A DNA stretch of 64,000 bases from Mayamaea pseudoterrestris (taxonomy: Eukaryota): assembly GCA_027923505.1 (NCBI GenBank), contig BROI01000008.1, positions 806,001-870,000 on the forward strand, in the 5' to 3' direction. Within the stretch, counting starts at the first letter, position 1. Every line of letters begins with the position of its first letter. The notes below the pieces were generated by a model. It was not told where the DNA came from, ran no database searches, and saw only the letters and a list, made by a program, of their open reading frames with translations. A program made the position numbers and the translations under genes. Positions 1 to 12,990 of this stretch are shown here, piece after piece.

Positions 1-1024
1 ATTTGCTTTCTTTTGCTTCTCCACCTCGTCCTTCACGCACTGTACACTTGCTTTGCGCCTATCTGGACTGGTAACTATCTGCATCCGCAAGTTTTCTTCC
101 TCTGCTTGCGCTTCCTGCAGGGACCAAATTGCAGTGGCCAGCTCATCCTTCAAATCGTTCGTCTGCTTTTTGAGGGCGGCAGCCTCCTCTCGCGAAGCCG
201 ATTGTAACTGATTGTTGCGAGCAATATCCGCTTCAAGCTGACGGCACTCTTCTATAATAAAAGTGACTTCTTCACTTGACGAATGCGCATGGAGCTCCAC
301 TTGTGCGTACTCGTCATTGAGCTGAACATTGTCCTTGTTAATTTGATCAAGCGCCACCATCAAGTCATTGCGCTGGGATGAATACGGTATGAGTCATGTT
401 AGATTGTACCTTGATATTGAAGTAACAATTACAAAAAGCGTAATTCGTGTTGAGTACTTACGGCTTCATTCAACTCGGCAAAGACTTTGACTTGTTCATT
501 GTAGAAGTTGCCAGCCAAGTTGCATATCGCCGAGAGCTGCTGCTGCAACCGCTTGGGGGTCGGCGTACCATAAATGTCTCTCCAGCTGAATTCATAGTAC
601 CCGCAAGACTCGAACAAGTGTCGAAGGGCGAGAAAGAGTTTCATCTCAACAAACTGTTGCGTTTCCGAGTGAAGCTGTGTGTCGTTGTCGGGCGCCCAGG
701 CACTGAGTGCTTTGTCGCTGATAAGAAAATCCTCTTCCTGCTTCCCGGAACAATAAGACAGCTGCACAGCGATAGCGACATTAGATGATGTTGTTTAAAC
801 ATCGAGTTTAAACATCTGCTACAGCTGTTAGTACTCACCAAATGGAGAAAAATGTTGCGGAGTTTCTCTCGATTGCGATGCGGCTCATTCAGTTCATTCT
901 TGGTTATGTCAATCTTCAAACCGGCCAAAGCTTGAATGATTTCTGACTGATGGAGAATTGGAAAACTGATGCGACCGCCAATGCTAGAGCTACGGCTCCG
1001 TTGGGGCGTCCCGTTGACAACCAT
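1..1024 (-). CDS. NUF2: Kinetochore protein Nuf2 (multi-exon; 3' end runs off the window start)
   Basis: ATG at 1024. FPILHQSEIIQAL..IDITKNELNEP and FSWRDIYGTPTPKRLQQQLSAICN match the Nuf2 CH domain, followed by coiled coil; GT-AG introns join the ORF pieces. Confidence 0.8.
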
Positions 1025-1621
1025 GGTGACGAAGGTACGCAATGCAGTTGCGTTTTGGAGAGGAAAGCGTTTGGCTAACTGTAAACGTGACGTATCGGCA
1101 CTCGTTAACGTCTGTTTGCTGGCTTTGCGCGCGTGCCAGTCATGTCTCACGATTCACTTAACTTCAACATGGACGCTTCCATTATTTCATTGCCCATTGG
1201 ATGGCCAAGCGAACCGATTGATATTCATCCGTCATTCCTTGATGGCATTGTGTCATAAAACGAGTGGCGTGGGCTAAAAGGCGTTTCGGTTGGACATAGA
1301 GGCGGTGCCGGAAGGACCGAACGTAGAACAGCACGCGGGGTTGGAGACGGGCGATCGAGCGACCACGATCAGCGCATTGAGCAAGCGACGTTCTCCGGAA
1401 GCCTTCTAATTGCGTCGAATCTGCATCGTTGTGGTTCAAAGGTAGGCTGATAAGGAAGAATCTTTAGGAGTAGAGCTTAAAAACATCAAGGAAATTATTC
1501 TCGCTCTTGGAGATTCAGATGAGAATCTTGGATTGTTGCGATTTTCGATTGACATCCCGTGCGTCCTCGCTCATTTATTATATTCTCCATTTATCATCTT
1601 TCAGCTTGTACAAAGACAGCA

Positions 1622-4600
1622 ATGCCACAGAAGCAGTCGCCGGCAATGCCGTCGAATCTCGCTCCTCGATCGCGGAGTCGAACCGTCGGCGGATCGACCG
1701 AGCTTTCGCATGGCAATGGTAATGATGAACCAGTGGCAGATTCACAAATACCACGGCGATCCATCATTTTACCCAGTGCAGATAGACAACAATACATTGG
1801 ATCAGCGCCAAATACAGTCAATGTGTTTGGCAGAAGTCTCATCCCGCCGCAAAGCTCGTTTGCTCGAGCCATCGTCGGAAGCACTGACAAATTACATGTT
1901 ACCTCGAATGCCAGCCTGGGCATGGCACGAGGCACTGCGACGATGAGTAACAATTCGCTTCATCCGGGCATGTCTGGCCTTTCTGTACTTCTAAATCAGC
2001 AGCAGCAGCAGCAGCAGCAGCATGAACAACCGCTACTCCAGCGCCATACAAGCAACGACTTTTTAATGCATCAGAACCGGCAGCAATCTTTCGAACATGC
2101 TTCCCCAGTTGCATGCGAAGCTGATTCCGCGTCGGGTCCTCCTCCTGGAGACGATGGTAGCTATGCATCTCCACTTGGGACTTCTGCGCCCGGTCACTTG
2201 GGGCACGGACGGGAGGAAGCTTTACGCGACAACCAATCGCAAGCAAATGCATTGGGAAGGAGCAACGTTAGTGCTGGCGTCTTGTCGCGACAGCATTCCA
2301 CTGGAGCGACGGTCAATTTTAGTGGAAGAAAGTCTGATCGAGTGAGAAGGTACGTCCGTTCTGCATGATGACTTGCATGTTGTACAGATCGTATCTTGGG
2401 GCCTGACATCGTTTTATTTTATGAAATTGGCATAGATGCTTGTCAAGCAAGGAACTTGGGACACTTGCACCTCCAAGCGGTTCGCCGTATGCTTACATGC
2501 TTCACGAGAAGGAACGTTTGGAAACTACTATGCGGCAGCGCCTGCAACGAATGCGAGAAACGCTTCCGACAACGCATACCAATATTGCTATCACGGGGTT
2601 TGAGCAGTCGGGAAATGATTCGTCGTCGAACAATTCGTCGCGTAGAGCAGTGGAAGGCGCCAATCAGTTGCGCAACCGTCGGAGAGCACAACACAATAAA
2701 GCTGTAGTAGACGACCTTTGCTCGGTCGTGACGGATTTGTTCATTGCCGAGTCAAAACTTTTAAAGCCACTCCAGTATGGAGTTCCGCAGCCATCGGAGC
2801 ACAATCGCGATCAGATTTCGCGCTGCATTCATAATTTTGTTGCTTGTCTGCCAGCGCGCTATGCGCTCGGCGCGGATACGCCGTCGGAGGTGTTGCTGCA
2901 TATGCGGCTCATGACGGCAGCGCGCGCGGACCGGACGAGAGCTGTCGTTCATATTCACAATATGCAGGACGAAGATAACTGGACGCGCACGGCAGCTTTG
3001 GCGAGCAAGGATAATCACCACGAATTAAGACTTGTCACGATTTGCTGCAACGACGCCAATGGATTGTTGGAGTATATTACAAGGCTCCTTGCGACAGGTG
3101 GAAGTCGAGTCCTTGACGCCGATGTCATGTTGAGCACGGATGGGATTGTTTTGGTACGATTATTTCGTGAATGATTGTGACGTACCGCAAATCGAATTTC
3201 TAATATTAGCATTTACTTCTTGCTTAGGATCGATTTGTGGTCGAGATGACTGGCCGACTTCGCCTTGACAAATTTGCTGACCTGATCGAAGCCTTTGTGC
3301 GTGGTCCAAGCGACCATAACGACGGCCTTCCTTCGTCAGAATCGAAGTCGAGTAGTAGTTCACGGGGTTCCACGAGCTCATTGAGGGCCGAGCCTGGAGG
3401 TCCACTGTACTTTCGGGCAAGTGATTCTCCAGAAGCACAAACCCCAAAAGACATCGAGGAAGAAATAGAATCTGCTGTTCCGCTCAGTGCCGTGCTTGCT
3501 TCGAGTGGTGATCTGTTGATGCATAACGCCCCTGACTTTCCAAAGTTGCGCAAGCGTCACAGCATGCCGCAAGTATTGGTTGGCAAGCTTCCTCAGGTGG
3601 AGCTGTCTATGCGAAAAGACTATCGTGGGCGGCGTAAGCCGTCACTTGACGGTGGAGTAACGATTATATGTAGCCCGGAAACAATTGATCCGGATCTAAC
3701 GTCTCAGCAATCCGCCAGGGACAAACGACAGCTCATCAATCGACCTCGGAACGCAAATCTGGATGGGACGGAGACGTCGCCTGTCGCCGCGTTTTCCGAA
3801 CAGTCGGCTCCACTTGACTATGTGACAATCTCCGGGAGTATGCCGCAGAGTGGCGTCCCTCTGATCCCATTCGAGGAGCTAATGCTCATCGAAGCGCTTG
3901 GATCAGGACGAGTAAGCACAATCTATCGCGCGGCATGGAGACGAGCAAATGAAGGAGTACAAATGCTGGCACTGAAGGTCGCAATGATAAATATTACCGG
4001 GGACACGGCCAGTGTCGACGAACTTCGGCGTGAAGCTGATATTGCGGCACGTTTGTACCATCCTAACATTGTTGACCTTGTTGGAGTCGCCGCTGATCAA
4101 GAGTGTTTTTGCCTGGCGTATGATTATTGCGAAGGCGGCTCTGTTCTCGGTCTGCTCTCAGACTCGCGGCGTTATTATGAGTATCTGCCGATTGCTTTGG
4201 ACATCGCGAATGGATGTGCTTATCTCCACGCGCGAAACGTGATTCACAGAGATTTAAAACCTTCCAACAGTGAGCAAAGTGCTATGGTTACGGTGTTGTA
4301 TCTGATGCTTTCTGTCATCTCATTTTTCTCATCCATCACTTCACGCAGTCTTGTTGACCCGAGATCATCGTGCCAAGATTGCTGACTTTGGTATGAGCGT
4401 GGCGAATTTTGGACAGGAGCTTACCGCAGAGACTGGTAAGTAATACCTCGCGTTTATTTACCTAACATTTTCGTGCTTACTCAATCTTTGTCTTTTTAAA
4501 TTTGTGTTCAGGAACTTACCGATACATGGTACGTTTGACGTTGAAGGGGCTTGTATGATTTTGTGAATACAATTGTACCATGCAACCATTTTCTGCTGGT

Positions 4601-5189
4601 GCCTTTTGCATTAACACTGCTGTTCTTCCTCTTCAGGCTCCAGAAGTAATTCGGCACGAACCATATTCTACCAATTGCGATGTATACAGTTTCGGCGTTG
4701 TTCTTTGGCAGCTCATTACTCGGGAAATTCCTTTTGCAACCATGACGCCAATCCAAGCCGCTTATGCTGTCGCCGAAGGCCGGCGCCCCGCGATACCTCC
4801 GGACACACCTCGCCGTCTTCAAGAAATTATCATGGCATGCTGGGATCAAGACCAGGCAAAGCGACCATCATTCACCTATATAACCATGGCGTAAGTGAGG
4901 GTGCATGCACATCCAATTGTCAACAACCCATTTTCTCACTCACACCCTTCCATCCTTCCACTTCAATAGACTGGCTGACTATGCAAAGATGGCCTTCTCT
5001 CCTGGAAATGTTGGAGCCTTAACATTGCAAATTGCCAACGAAATGCTCGCCAATGTGGAAGGAAATTCCACGGTCAATGTCGACTTTTCGACGCCAGTTG
5101 CCAGCAACACTCTCTTTCCCGAGTCGTTCCTGCACCCAGATGACAGTTTTCATTCTGACGTTGGACTCGAAATAGACGAAGACGGATAA
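1622..5189 (+). CDS. ACT-domain Ser/Thr/Tyr protein kinase (STY8/17/46-like, Raf-like), 7 exons
   Basis: LPARYALG..EVLLHMRL pre-ACT motif and an ACT domain; kinase motifs GSGRVSTIY, ALK, HRDLKPSN, DFG, ETGTYRYMAPE, DVYSFG. Introns about 2350-2435, 3154-3227, 4270-4348, 4436-4511, 4529-4636 and 4891-4969 restore the frame. Confidence 0.9.
1997..2020 (+). repeat. (CAG)8 microsatellite encoding polyQ in the kinase N-terminus
   Basis: Eight perfect CAG units, in frame as QQQQQQQQ. Confidence 0.95.
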
Positions 5190-5292
5190 TACAGTAAAGT
5201 TAGAAGTATAGACTCATAGTTACGATTTATTTAGGCGTTTCAATTGTCGCCTACGAATATGGTAGTATATCAAGCAAATCTTTATGTACTAC

Positions 5293-6074
5293 TTATAATC
5301 GCTTCTCCGGCGGACCACTAGGATTAGGATACACAATCATTTCATCGGCCAATGGGTTCGCATGGATAGTGATTCGTTGAATTACTGGTGGATGGATAGG
5401 ACAGTGCTGCAGCTTCTTCTTTGGTGCGCTTGCGCCCTGCACTTGCAGCGCCTCCATCTTGTCGAGAACGTCAAACCCATCAATAAGTTGTCCGAAAACT
5501 GTATGCATATTGTTTAAATGCGGCTGACGTTCGTAACAGATAAAGAATTGACTGCGATTTGAGTCCTTTCCCTTGTTTGCCATGGACAAGACACCGCGCT
5601 TGTCGTGAAGATTGGCTGGATGGAACTCGTCTGGAAATGGCATTGGCCCCCAAATGGATTCACCGCCCTTGACTCCCGTTTTATCGGCTGTATCTCCTCC
5701 CTATATATAAGTTGTTTGTGGATAGTCAGACAACAGACAGATGTACGCCAAAGTACGACATGACGAGACGGGCCTTTTGTTCGACGCAATAGAACACAGA
5801 AACTTACCTGAATCATAAATCCTCGAATGTTTCGATGAAATATGGTATTATCGTAAGCTCCACTGGCGCATAGTGCAAGAAAGTCTAATATAAAGAGAAT
5901 TTTGGACAGAGACGCGTGGTGTGTCAGCAATAAGCTGTCAAGCAACAGCCACAAAAATGGCAAGTATCATCGCGGATCGCGGTCACTGTACTTACTGAAT
6001 GCAGTCCTTGGAGCTGTATCACAGAAGATTTCGAGTTTGAGATCCCCTATCGATGTGTGCAGAGTTACGGACAT
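5293..6074 (-). CDS. Cyclophilin-type peptidyl-prolyl isomerase, PPIL3/Cyp10-like (multi-exon)
   Basis: MSVTLHTSIGDLKLEIFC, NFLALCASGAYDNTIFHRNIRGFMIQ, LSMANKGKDSNRSQFFI, HTVFGQLIDG and ITIHANPLAD, split across exons. Confidence 0.9.
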
Positions 6075-6440
6075 TGTTGAATAAAGCTACGGTAGAACGA
6101 ATTAGCGTGGTATTGGTATTACTTGTACAAAGCTGCGCCATGATCATTGGCTTGGTCGTCGCGGAAAAGGATCTGCATCCAGAAAATGTCGCAACGATAC
6201 TCGTTAACAAGCAACTACGACGTAGCAGAGCGATGCTGACAGTATTACTGTACTTACTGGTACAGAACATTAACAATAACACCGTTTTAGCACCACAACG
6301 TAATTGTCTAGATTATCATCTGCTGTTACGTCGTATTTTAGGGTTTAATTGAATTGCCATTCTCCCTATCGCACGATTTGCATTACCAACGACGAATCAT
6401 AGGTAGGGTTGTCACTACAGCGTTATAAGTGGAGTCGTGG

Positions 6441-8311
6441 CTAAGTCAACTCGGCATTTGGAAGTTCAAAGCCGCCAGATTGTTCGTCATTAACAAGAGG
6501 ATCTGCCTCGGGAGGTAGCGTTATGCTTCGTTGCTTTCGTCGTTGAACGATTAGCTTCTCTGCCTCGAGGATTGACCTATCCGCGGTGATCTCGGCAAAA
6601 TACATTGACATGTCTTCCAACGATCGATCTTTGGTTTCCGGCATAAACTTGTACACAAATGCACACACTAGCAGGCTCACAATGGATAGCAGCAAAAAGA
6701 ATCCGCCCCAGCCAATGCCTTCAGCCGTGGAGAGGAAGGTTGACGCCATGATGGTCGCCGTGATACGGTTAAAAAAGGCTGCCAAACTCATAGCCTTTGC
6801 TCGAATGCTGATTGCAAATACTTCGGACGGAATGAGCCATGAACCAGGTCCAGCTCCGACGCTGAAAAAGGCCAGATAGAATCCCAATCCAATGACAGCA
6901 AACGCAGGACTGATACCATTGCCTGCAAAAAACGCCATGCTGATGATAAACAAGGCGACTGACATTCCAATTAACGACACAAAGAACAACGGTCGACGTC
7001 CCTTGATGTCAAAGAGCTTGCCACCAATGGCGATAAAGATGACTTTAATGAGACCCAGCAGCATGAGTAGAAGATTCTGATTCTTTGTGTCCTGGATGCC
7101 AGACTGAGCCAACACGTCAACCAGGTAGTATTGTATAGCGTCAATCCCGACTGCTTGTTGCGAGCAAGCGACGCCGATACCAACAATAAGCATGCGTGTT
7201 AGTGCCGGAGTCGGGTTCAAAAAGACGCTCCATCCAACGGCTTGCTCAGCCATTTCCTCGCGCTCGATTGCTTCCTTTATATCATCAATCACCGGATACA
7301 CGTCGTAGCCTTGCGGATAGATCTTTGTCAAAACATCTCGTGCATCTGATTCGCGTCCCTTGGCAACGAGATAACGAGGCGATTCCGGCAAGATAAAATG
7401 CGTCAACAGGATCATCATGACCGGCATTAATGTTCCTAGAAAAAACATGTAGCGCCAGGCTCTTGACTCTGGGACGGAAGCGAACGTCAAACCTGTGCTG
7501 AATCCTAAAATGATTCCAATGTTGATGCCAATCTCCGACTGTCACAGATGAGGCAAGTTCCCGATTTGTGAGATATACAGTGAGGGAAAGTACACGCCAT
7601 CTCATACCAATGCACAATTCTAGCTACTCACCCAAGTAACCAGCTCACCACGTCGCTTAGCAGGTGTGACTTCGGCAATGTATAGCGGATCAATCTGGAG
7701 CCAAGCAAATGCAGAGATTTACGTCAGCCCCAAAGCTTGTGTGCGATGTTCGTACCTCGCCATCACATTCAATAGAGCATACTTACCGCCAGACCAATAC
7801 CAACTCCTAGCCCAACAAAGACGCGTCCCAACATGAGAATGGTGAATGAAGGTGCAAATGTTTGAATCAATACACCAATTATAAAGCCAATGGCTGCCAC
7901 GATAAAGGTTCGTCGACGACCGAAGCGATCTGTAAAGTATTGTGAACCGAGAGCTCCAAAGACTGATGCAGACGAAGAGTGATGACGATGAGACGAACAT
8001 TGCCGACACTTCCAGCTCTTTCCAAACCAGCCACATGCTTTCCGATTCACAAAAGCGAAGTATATAAGTCACTTACTCGCCCAAAAGTTAATGCTACCGA
8101 TAAACAACTCTCGCTGTGTCGTTGTCAAGTTGAAGTAGGCTTGCACCATCCGACCTGTCTCAGTACTCACACCAATATCGTATCCAAGATTGCAAGAATT
8201 AACAGAAGCGCAGATTGCATAGAGTTTGGTTGCTCGAGTTAAGGTAATCGGCGTGCTACCAAAATCTTCATGATGCTCGCCGACATGGCTGGCGCTTGCG
8301 GCTGATGCCAT
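6441..8311 (-). CDS. MFS sugar/polyol transporter (sugar porter family, multi-exon)
   Basis: GYDIGV, DRFGRR, PESPRYL, QQAVGIDAIQYY, GRRPL and PETK motifs; many transmembrane segments. Confidence 0.92.
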
Positions 8312-8695
8312 GACCGAAAAGTTTTGTTTCGAGCTAAATGCTACCGTTATAAGCTCAGTTATTTTGACAGTCAAGGAAGTCTGCTGTAGACTCTCACTAT
8401 GTTGTTACTTGAACAGGAAGTCAAAAGGGCGGCGTCAAAATCCTTGGGTCGTCTCCAAGAAACCGATCAAAAGTGCGGTCGAATGACCGCTCGGCAACAA
8501 CGCTGCGACAATCTAGCTATCGCTTCTATTACATAGGCCAATAAATCTTAAATGTGAGGGCCAAGAGGTACGATGCATTGTTAAACATGATAACGACAAG
8601 TCTGGTCGAGTAAGTGTGTCGTTAAATAATAGAGCGAGCAGCATTGCGTTAACTGTAAATAGATATCCTATCCTATCAATCAGTCATCAAGAAAT

Positions 8696-9316
8696 TTACT
8701 CAGCATCCTGACCTCCGGCACGTCCAGCCTTTCGTGATTCAGTTTGGATAAACAGGTTGATAAGGAAGAGCACTGGAAGAAGAGTTCCGAGTGTCACGGC
8801 AAGATAGGCGCCAAATTGAACCTCTAGGGCGACGGTGTTGGTTGGCAATGCCTCGACGATTGAGTCAAGCGCAAAAGCCGGGCCGACAATAGCAGCAGCC
8901 GGGAAAGCACCTGCAGCAATCTTGGCCACTTGCTGGACTGTGATGAATAAAATGAGGCAAAGAAAGTTATTAGTCGACAGGACAGGAATGGCTTTTAGTG
9001 TTTGTGTGCATGCAATAGAGAACTTGTCCATTGCGATGTGCATCGCCGGAAGGCATCAATGTACAGCATAACGAAGCTCGCTAGAAGCTTTTGCGCCCAT
9101 CAACATGAACCAAAGACACAGATCATCAATCAAAGCGTGTACTCCTGGAGTCTGGAGTTTTTGACACCCACGAAGGCAGTAGAACCTCGTTTAGGAATCC
9201 AATCGTTTGCACCGTCTCAATTAAATGTGCTGATTCAACATACCCTGAGATGCAGGAGCAAAAGATAGCGCCGACGCGATAAGGGCGAAAAAGGAAAGGA
9301 TCTGGAAGGTCTTCAT
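8696..9316 (-). CDS. psbM: Nucleus-encoded photosystem II subunit PsbM with bipartite plastid presequence
   Basis: Exon 1 (9316-9244) MKTFQILSFFALIASALSFAPASQ is a signal peptide with an SF/AP cleavage motif; intron 9243-8938; exon 2 has EVQFGAYLAVTLGTLLPVLFLINLFIQTES, a PsbM-like single helix. Confidence 0.8.
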
Positions 9317-9718
9317 GGTGGGCGGCTTGATTGCTGAAAGTGATTGAAGTGTTTTCTTGCGCAAGATCGTCGCCGCGTACGTCAGCAAAGATTGGGTCAA
9401 CTTGTTAGCTTTAACCCTATGGCAGATGGTCTTAGCTACGTCGATTGAACCAATTCCAGCGCCGTGAGGTTCCATCAGGTGTAGCATGGTAATAGATATT
9501 ATCGACACAATCCATCACAGCTATGCAAACAAGACAAATACCCGTTGTAGGTGTCGCAGCAGGGAAGACTCCTTGCAAATAAATGCGGCGTTGCTTCAAA
9601 CGGTAGGCGCCCGCGAGAAACTAAACCTGCGCTACGTTAATTCAGCACACAAATTGTATCAATAACATACATCCGTCTATTCGAAGCAGTTAACTTTAGC
9701 ACTGTACGGGCCTTCTAT

Positions 9719-10546
9719 TTAGACATATGGGAAGCTGTGAGTAGCCTCGCTAAGCGCAGTCTGTGTCGCGATACCTCCAAAGGCAAGCATTGCAAGTCGT
9801 CCGTTGTTGACTTCCTTAAGCTTCATCGTTTGTTGTTGCTCAGCTGACTTGCCCTTCATGAAGTTAAGTGGGTCAAATCCGAAGTTCCCAGCCTCGCGGT
9901 CGAGTTCTCCCTTGGAAACCTGGACAAGACAGGCGGCGCTGCAGATTTCAATCACTCCAACAGCAATCAACATGAAAGACATAGAGCCCTGGTTGACAAG
10001 AACATTGTGCGCATTATAAGCATTTGGAATGTTCTCGACAGAGTACACATCACCGGGAAAGCGAAGAGGGAAACCAAAAGCACCGTCGGTGGCTAACCAT
10101 CCAGCGACTGCCAACATGGACTGCGGATAGAGTGAAGAAACATGAATGAGACATAGCTGTGCCAAATGCACCAAAAAGTCGGAACCAATACTATTACGTA
10201 CAAGACGGCAATGTTTGAGCTCAGCCTCGCGCATCCAGTAGACGGTGGGGAGGCCATCTGTCGATTCCCATGATGGTGGCTGGATGAAGCCAGCAAAGTT
10301 CTTAGGGATGGAAGAAAGGTAGAAAGGGTCAAAACCGACATCTCCGGCCATTGTTCCATCCAGAGCGGCAGGGCGTGGCAGCCAGGGGCATGCCTTAGAG
10401 CGTTCCGTCTTATCAACCATGCTGTCCCACATGCGGTCCGGCATGGCATTGGACGAGATAGAAGCCTTGCTGTTAGAAGCAGGAGCAAATGCCAAGGCTG
10501 AGCCAGCCATACTGGTGACGAGAGATACAGCGAGCGTAGCCTTCAT
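9719..10546 (-). CDS. Light-harvesting fucoxanthin-chlorophyll protein (Lhcr/Lhcz-like), one intron
   Basis: ALAFAP presequence; GDVGFDP, REAELKHCR..MLA, GNFGFDPL and KEVNNGRLAM motifs. An in-frame intron lies near 10121-10205. Confidence 0.93.
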   Translation of the reverse strand: MKATLAVSLVTSMAGSALAFAPASNSKASISSNAMPDRMWDSMVDKTERSKACPWLPRPAALDGTMAGDVGFDPFYLSSIPKNFAGFIQPPSWESTDGLPTVYWMREAELKHCRLVRNSIGSDFLVHLAQLCLIHVSSLYPQSMLAVAGWLATDGAFGFPLRFPGDVYSVENIPNAYNAHNVLVNQGSMSFMLIAVGVIEICSAACLVQVSKGELDREAGNFGFDPLNFMKGKSAEQQQTMKLKEVNNGRLAMLAFGGIATQTALSEATHSFPYV

Positions 10547-10781
10547 GGTCGAACTGTTTTGCAGGAGATGGCAGCACACAGGTTGTTGCTTGCTTTCGTG
10601 GGCAAAGATTTGCTTCAATCAAATCGACGTCTGTTGTAAATCGGACCGGTACTGAAGTCATCACACGTTTAACTCCGGTGGTAGTTTATGTCAATACTAG
10701 TACAATCGGTAGTTTCGTTTTGTGCTCCTTTGTATGGGATCCCCTTAAAAGCTGGTGTATCCTAGTATCTATACGGCATGA

Positions 10782-12167
10782 TTATGCTAATCTCCAAGCT
10801 TGTCTGTAATTGTTTACCCGTACCCACCGAAGGGTGTCGTCCTCAGTCTGCTCTTGCCCCCTTTGGGTCTCCAGCCGAGTCAAAATGGCGAAACAAGCTT
10901 GTAGATTCAGTTGCAGCATGTCTCTATCTATCTTGTCTAAATCAAGTGAAAGCTGCGACGTAATTGAATGGCCAAGTAGTACACCATTTTGCCATTCTTG
11001 TGCATGCCACGAGGTAGACTTGCCATGAAAGTTGAAGAAAACGACATATCGCTCCGCTGATGCAGGACGCGAGCTGATTGGTTTGACGATTCGTATGCTT
11101 TCAAATCTGGATGACAGATCCTGCATCATGGAGCGAATGACCGCTGTTTGAAAGCCAAACACTTTGATTACAACTATCCCATGCTGCGTCAAGAGCTCCA
11201 AGGCAGCAGTCATTTGGCACACCACCAACTTCTGCGTAATTTCTTCCTGATTATCCTGCTCGCGCTGGGCATCAATGCCGCCATCCGCCACAACGAGCTG
11301 GACGCATGCCGCCTCGGGTATAGATGGATTAAAGCTATCGCCCCGGATCATGTTGCGCAAAACCACTACATTGTCCCACTGAAACACGTCGCCTCTGCCA
11401 TCAGCGCCATGACAAATTGTATATTTTGAGTACATCCCTTGCTCCATCCAAGCTCCCTCTTGAATTTTCCAGTCTAATCCCTTTCCATTTTCGTTGCTTC
11501 CCATCAACGACATGCCATATCCCATGGTGCAAGAAATATTCTGCGCTTGCGCCTGATCAAGCAGATACTCACTGAATCCCCCGGGCGCGCCACATAGGTC
11601 CACAAAGGAAAAGACTTGACAATCAGATGGAATCAGTGCGAAATTCATAGTGGCATTGATATTGGCAAGCTTGATAGCACTCCGATTGACAAACATGCTG
11701 TTCAAGCCATCATGTTGACCCAGCCCGAGACATTCCATTGGGTTGCAGGCGGCTCGGGCTTTGATAAAGGCTGCATGGCAACTGGATGCGTGACCAGCGT
11801 CGAAACATGTTTGGGCCGCCGGTTGGAGGCGCCGCTTGACTTGTGAGAGTTGCGCAGTGAGTGACTTGATTTCGTCATGGAGTTCTTCTCGCTGAGCATG
11901 ACGATGAGGTTGTTCGATCAAATAGCTCTTAGATTGGTCAAGCAACTGGTGACAAATGATGTCACCATCAGATCGCAACCAACTCTTGTATACTGTATCT
12001 ATCACTCCTGGTGTATCAATAATCTCGTTATAAAAATCATTGAAAGGTGCTGCATCATGCTGGTGGAGGTGACAAGCTGTTCGGCCCTCCGATTTGGAAT
12101 CATATCGAAATCGCTTCGTGGTCCCATTTGCTCGTTTAACTTGTTGCTCAGCTCTACAGTCACTCAT
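10782..12167 (-). CDS. FtsJ-like cap-specific mRNA 2'-O-methyltransferase (CMTR1-type)
   Basis: NRSAIKLANI, FVDLCGAPGGFSEY, VVADGG, IKVF and KPISSRPASAERYVV give the K-D-K-E tetrad. Confidence 0.85.
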   Translation of the reverse strand: MSDCRAEQQVKRANGTTKRFRYDSKSEGRTACHLHQHDAAPFNDFYNEIIDTPGVIDTVYKSWLRSDGDIICHQLLDQSKSYLIEQPHRHAQREELHDEIKSLTAQLSQVKRRLQPAAQTCFDAGHASSCHAAFIKARAACNPMECLGLGQHDGLNSMFVNRSAIKLANINATMNFALIPSDCQVFSFVDLCGAPGGFSEYLLDQAQAQNISCTMGYGMSLMGSNENGKGLDWKIQEGAWMEQGMYSKYTICHGADGRGDVFQWDNVVVLRNMIRGDSFNPSIPEAACVQLVVADGGIDAQREQDNQEEITQKLVVCQMTAALELLTQHGIVVIKVFGFQTAVIRSMMQDLSSRFESIRIVKPISSRPASAERYVVFFNFHGKSTSWHAQEWQNGVLLGHSITSQLSLDLDKIDRDMLQLNLQACFAILTRLETQRGQEQTEDDTLRWVRVNNYRQAWRLA

Positions 12168-12385
12168 TGATACTTTAAAGGGTGGAAAAGTGTTATATAT
12201 CTACTGTATGTTTTGTCTGTTGTAAATCGATTCGAAGAAAGAAAATCTGGAATCCGTGTGACATAACCGCTACGACATTCCTCGATCTTTTCGATCAGCC
12301 ACCATCCACCATGGCTCGGACTGACCCACTTCGTGGACGGGCTGAACCACAAGTTTTGAGAATGACGACTTCAATATGCATTAAT

Positions 12386-12990
12386 ATGCGCCATCTACTG
12401 GTCCTATGCCTGTTTACCATCCCAAAGTGTTTCGCCTTTACGCTAGTCCATCACGGACGGTCAATTTCAGCGCCACCCAGAGAAAGATTTTTATCGGCCA
12501 CCACAACCACCACTACTCGAATTCAACCATCCAAGGACGTCTGCGCCATACAAAGACTCATGTCTGACACTGGCGGCGGTCATCGAGCATCTGCCAACGC
12601 CTTGAAGGATGCCTTTAACGTGCTCTTTCCGGGACGAATCGCCTGTGACATTGTTGACATTTACACCGAATACGGTCCCTTTTGGTCGTACAATGACTAT
12701 CCTGGCATGTACGAGGTCATGGCAAAAAATGCATGGTCATGGGACTTGTTTTTCAGGTTTGGATCAACGTCTTTTGGAGAATGGATGAACAAAGTTTGCT
12801 TGGAGCTCTTTGCTTTGGTCCCTTCAAGGAGTGCATGCGCGATATTCTTGCGGAACAGGCAAACGCGACGATTTGGTTATTAGCGTCCATCCACTCTGTC
12901 AAGACTTGCCCCTCCGCATCCTTGCAAGCTTCGATTCCAACGGCGCTACGCGAAATTTGAGCGCCCGCACCAAGACACGTTTTGTAGTGT
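12386..12990 (+). pseudogene. Monogalactosyldiacylglycerol synthase (MGD) pseudogene, 5' part only
   Basis: Signal peptide ending CFAF, LMSDTGGGHRASANAL and DLVISVHPLCQ are MGD motifs, but they lie in different frames (frameshifts near 12808 and 12850). Similarity stops at TRFVV (~12990), before the C-terminal GT28 domain. Confidence 0.8.

Noticed and set aside
1182..1439. Short ORFs between NUF2 and the kinase, and the many short antisense ORFs across the window
   Set aside because: They are shadow ORFs overlapping real genes or promoters, with no motif support.
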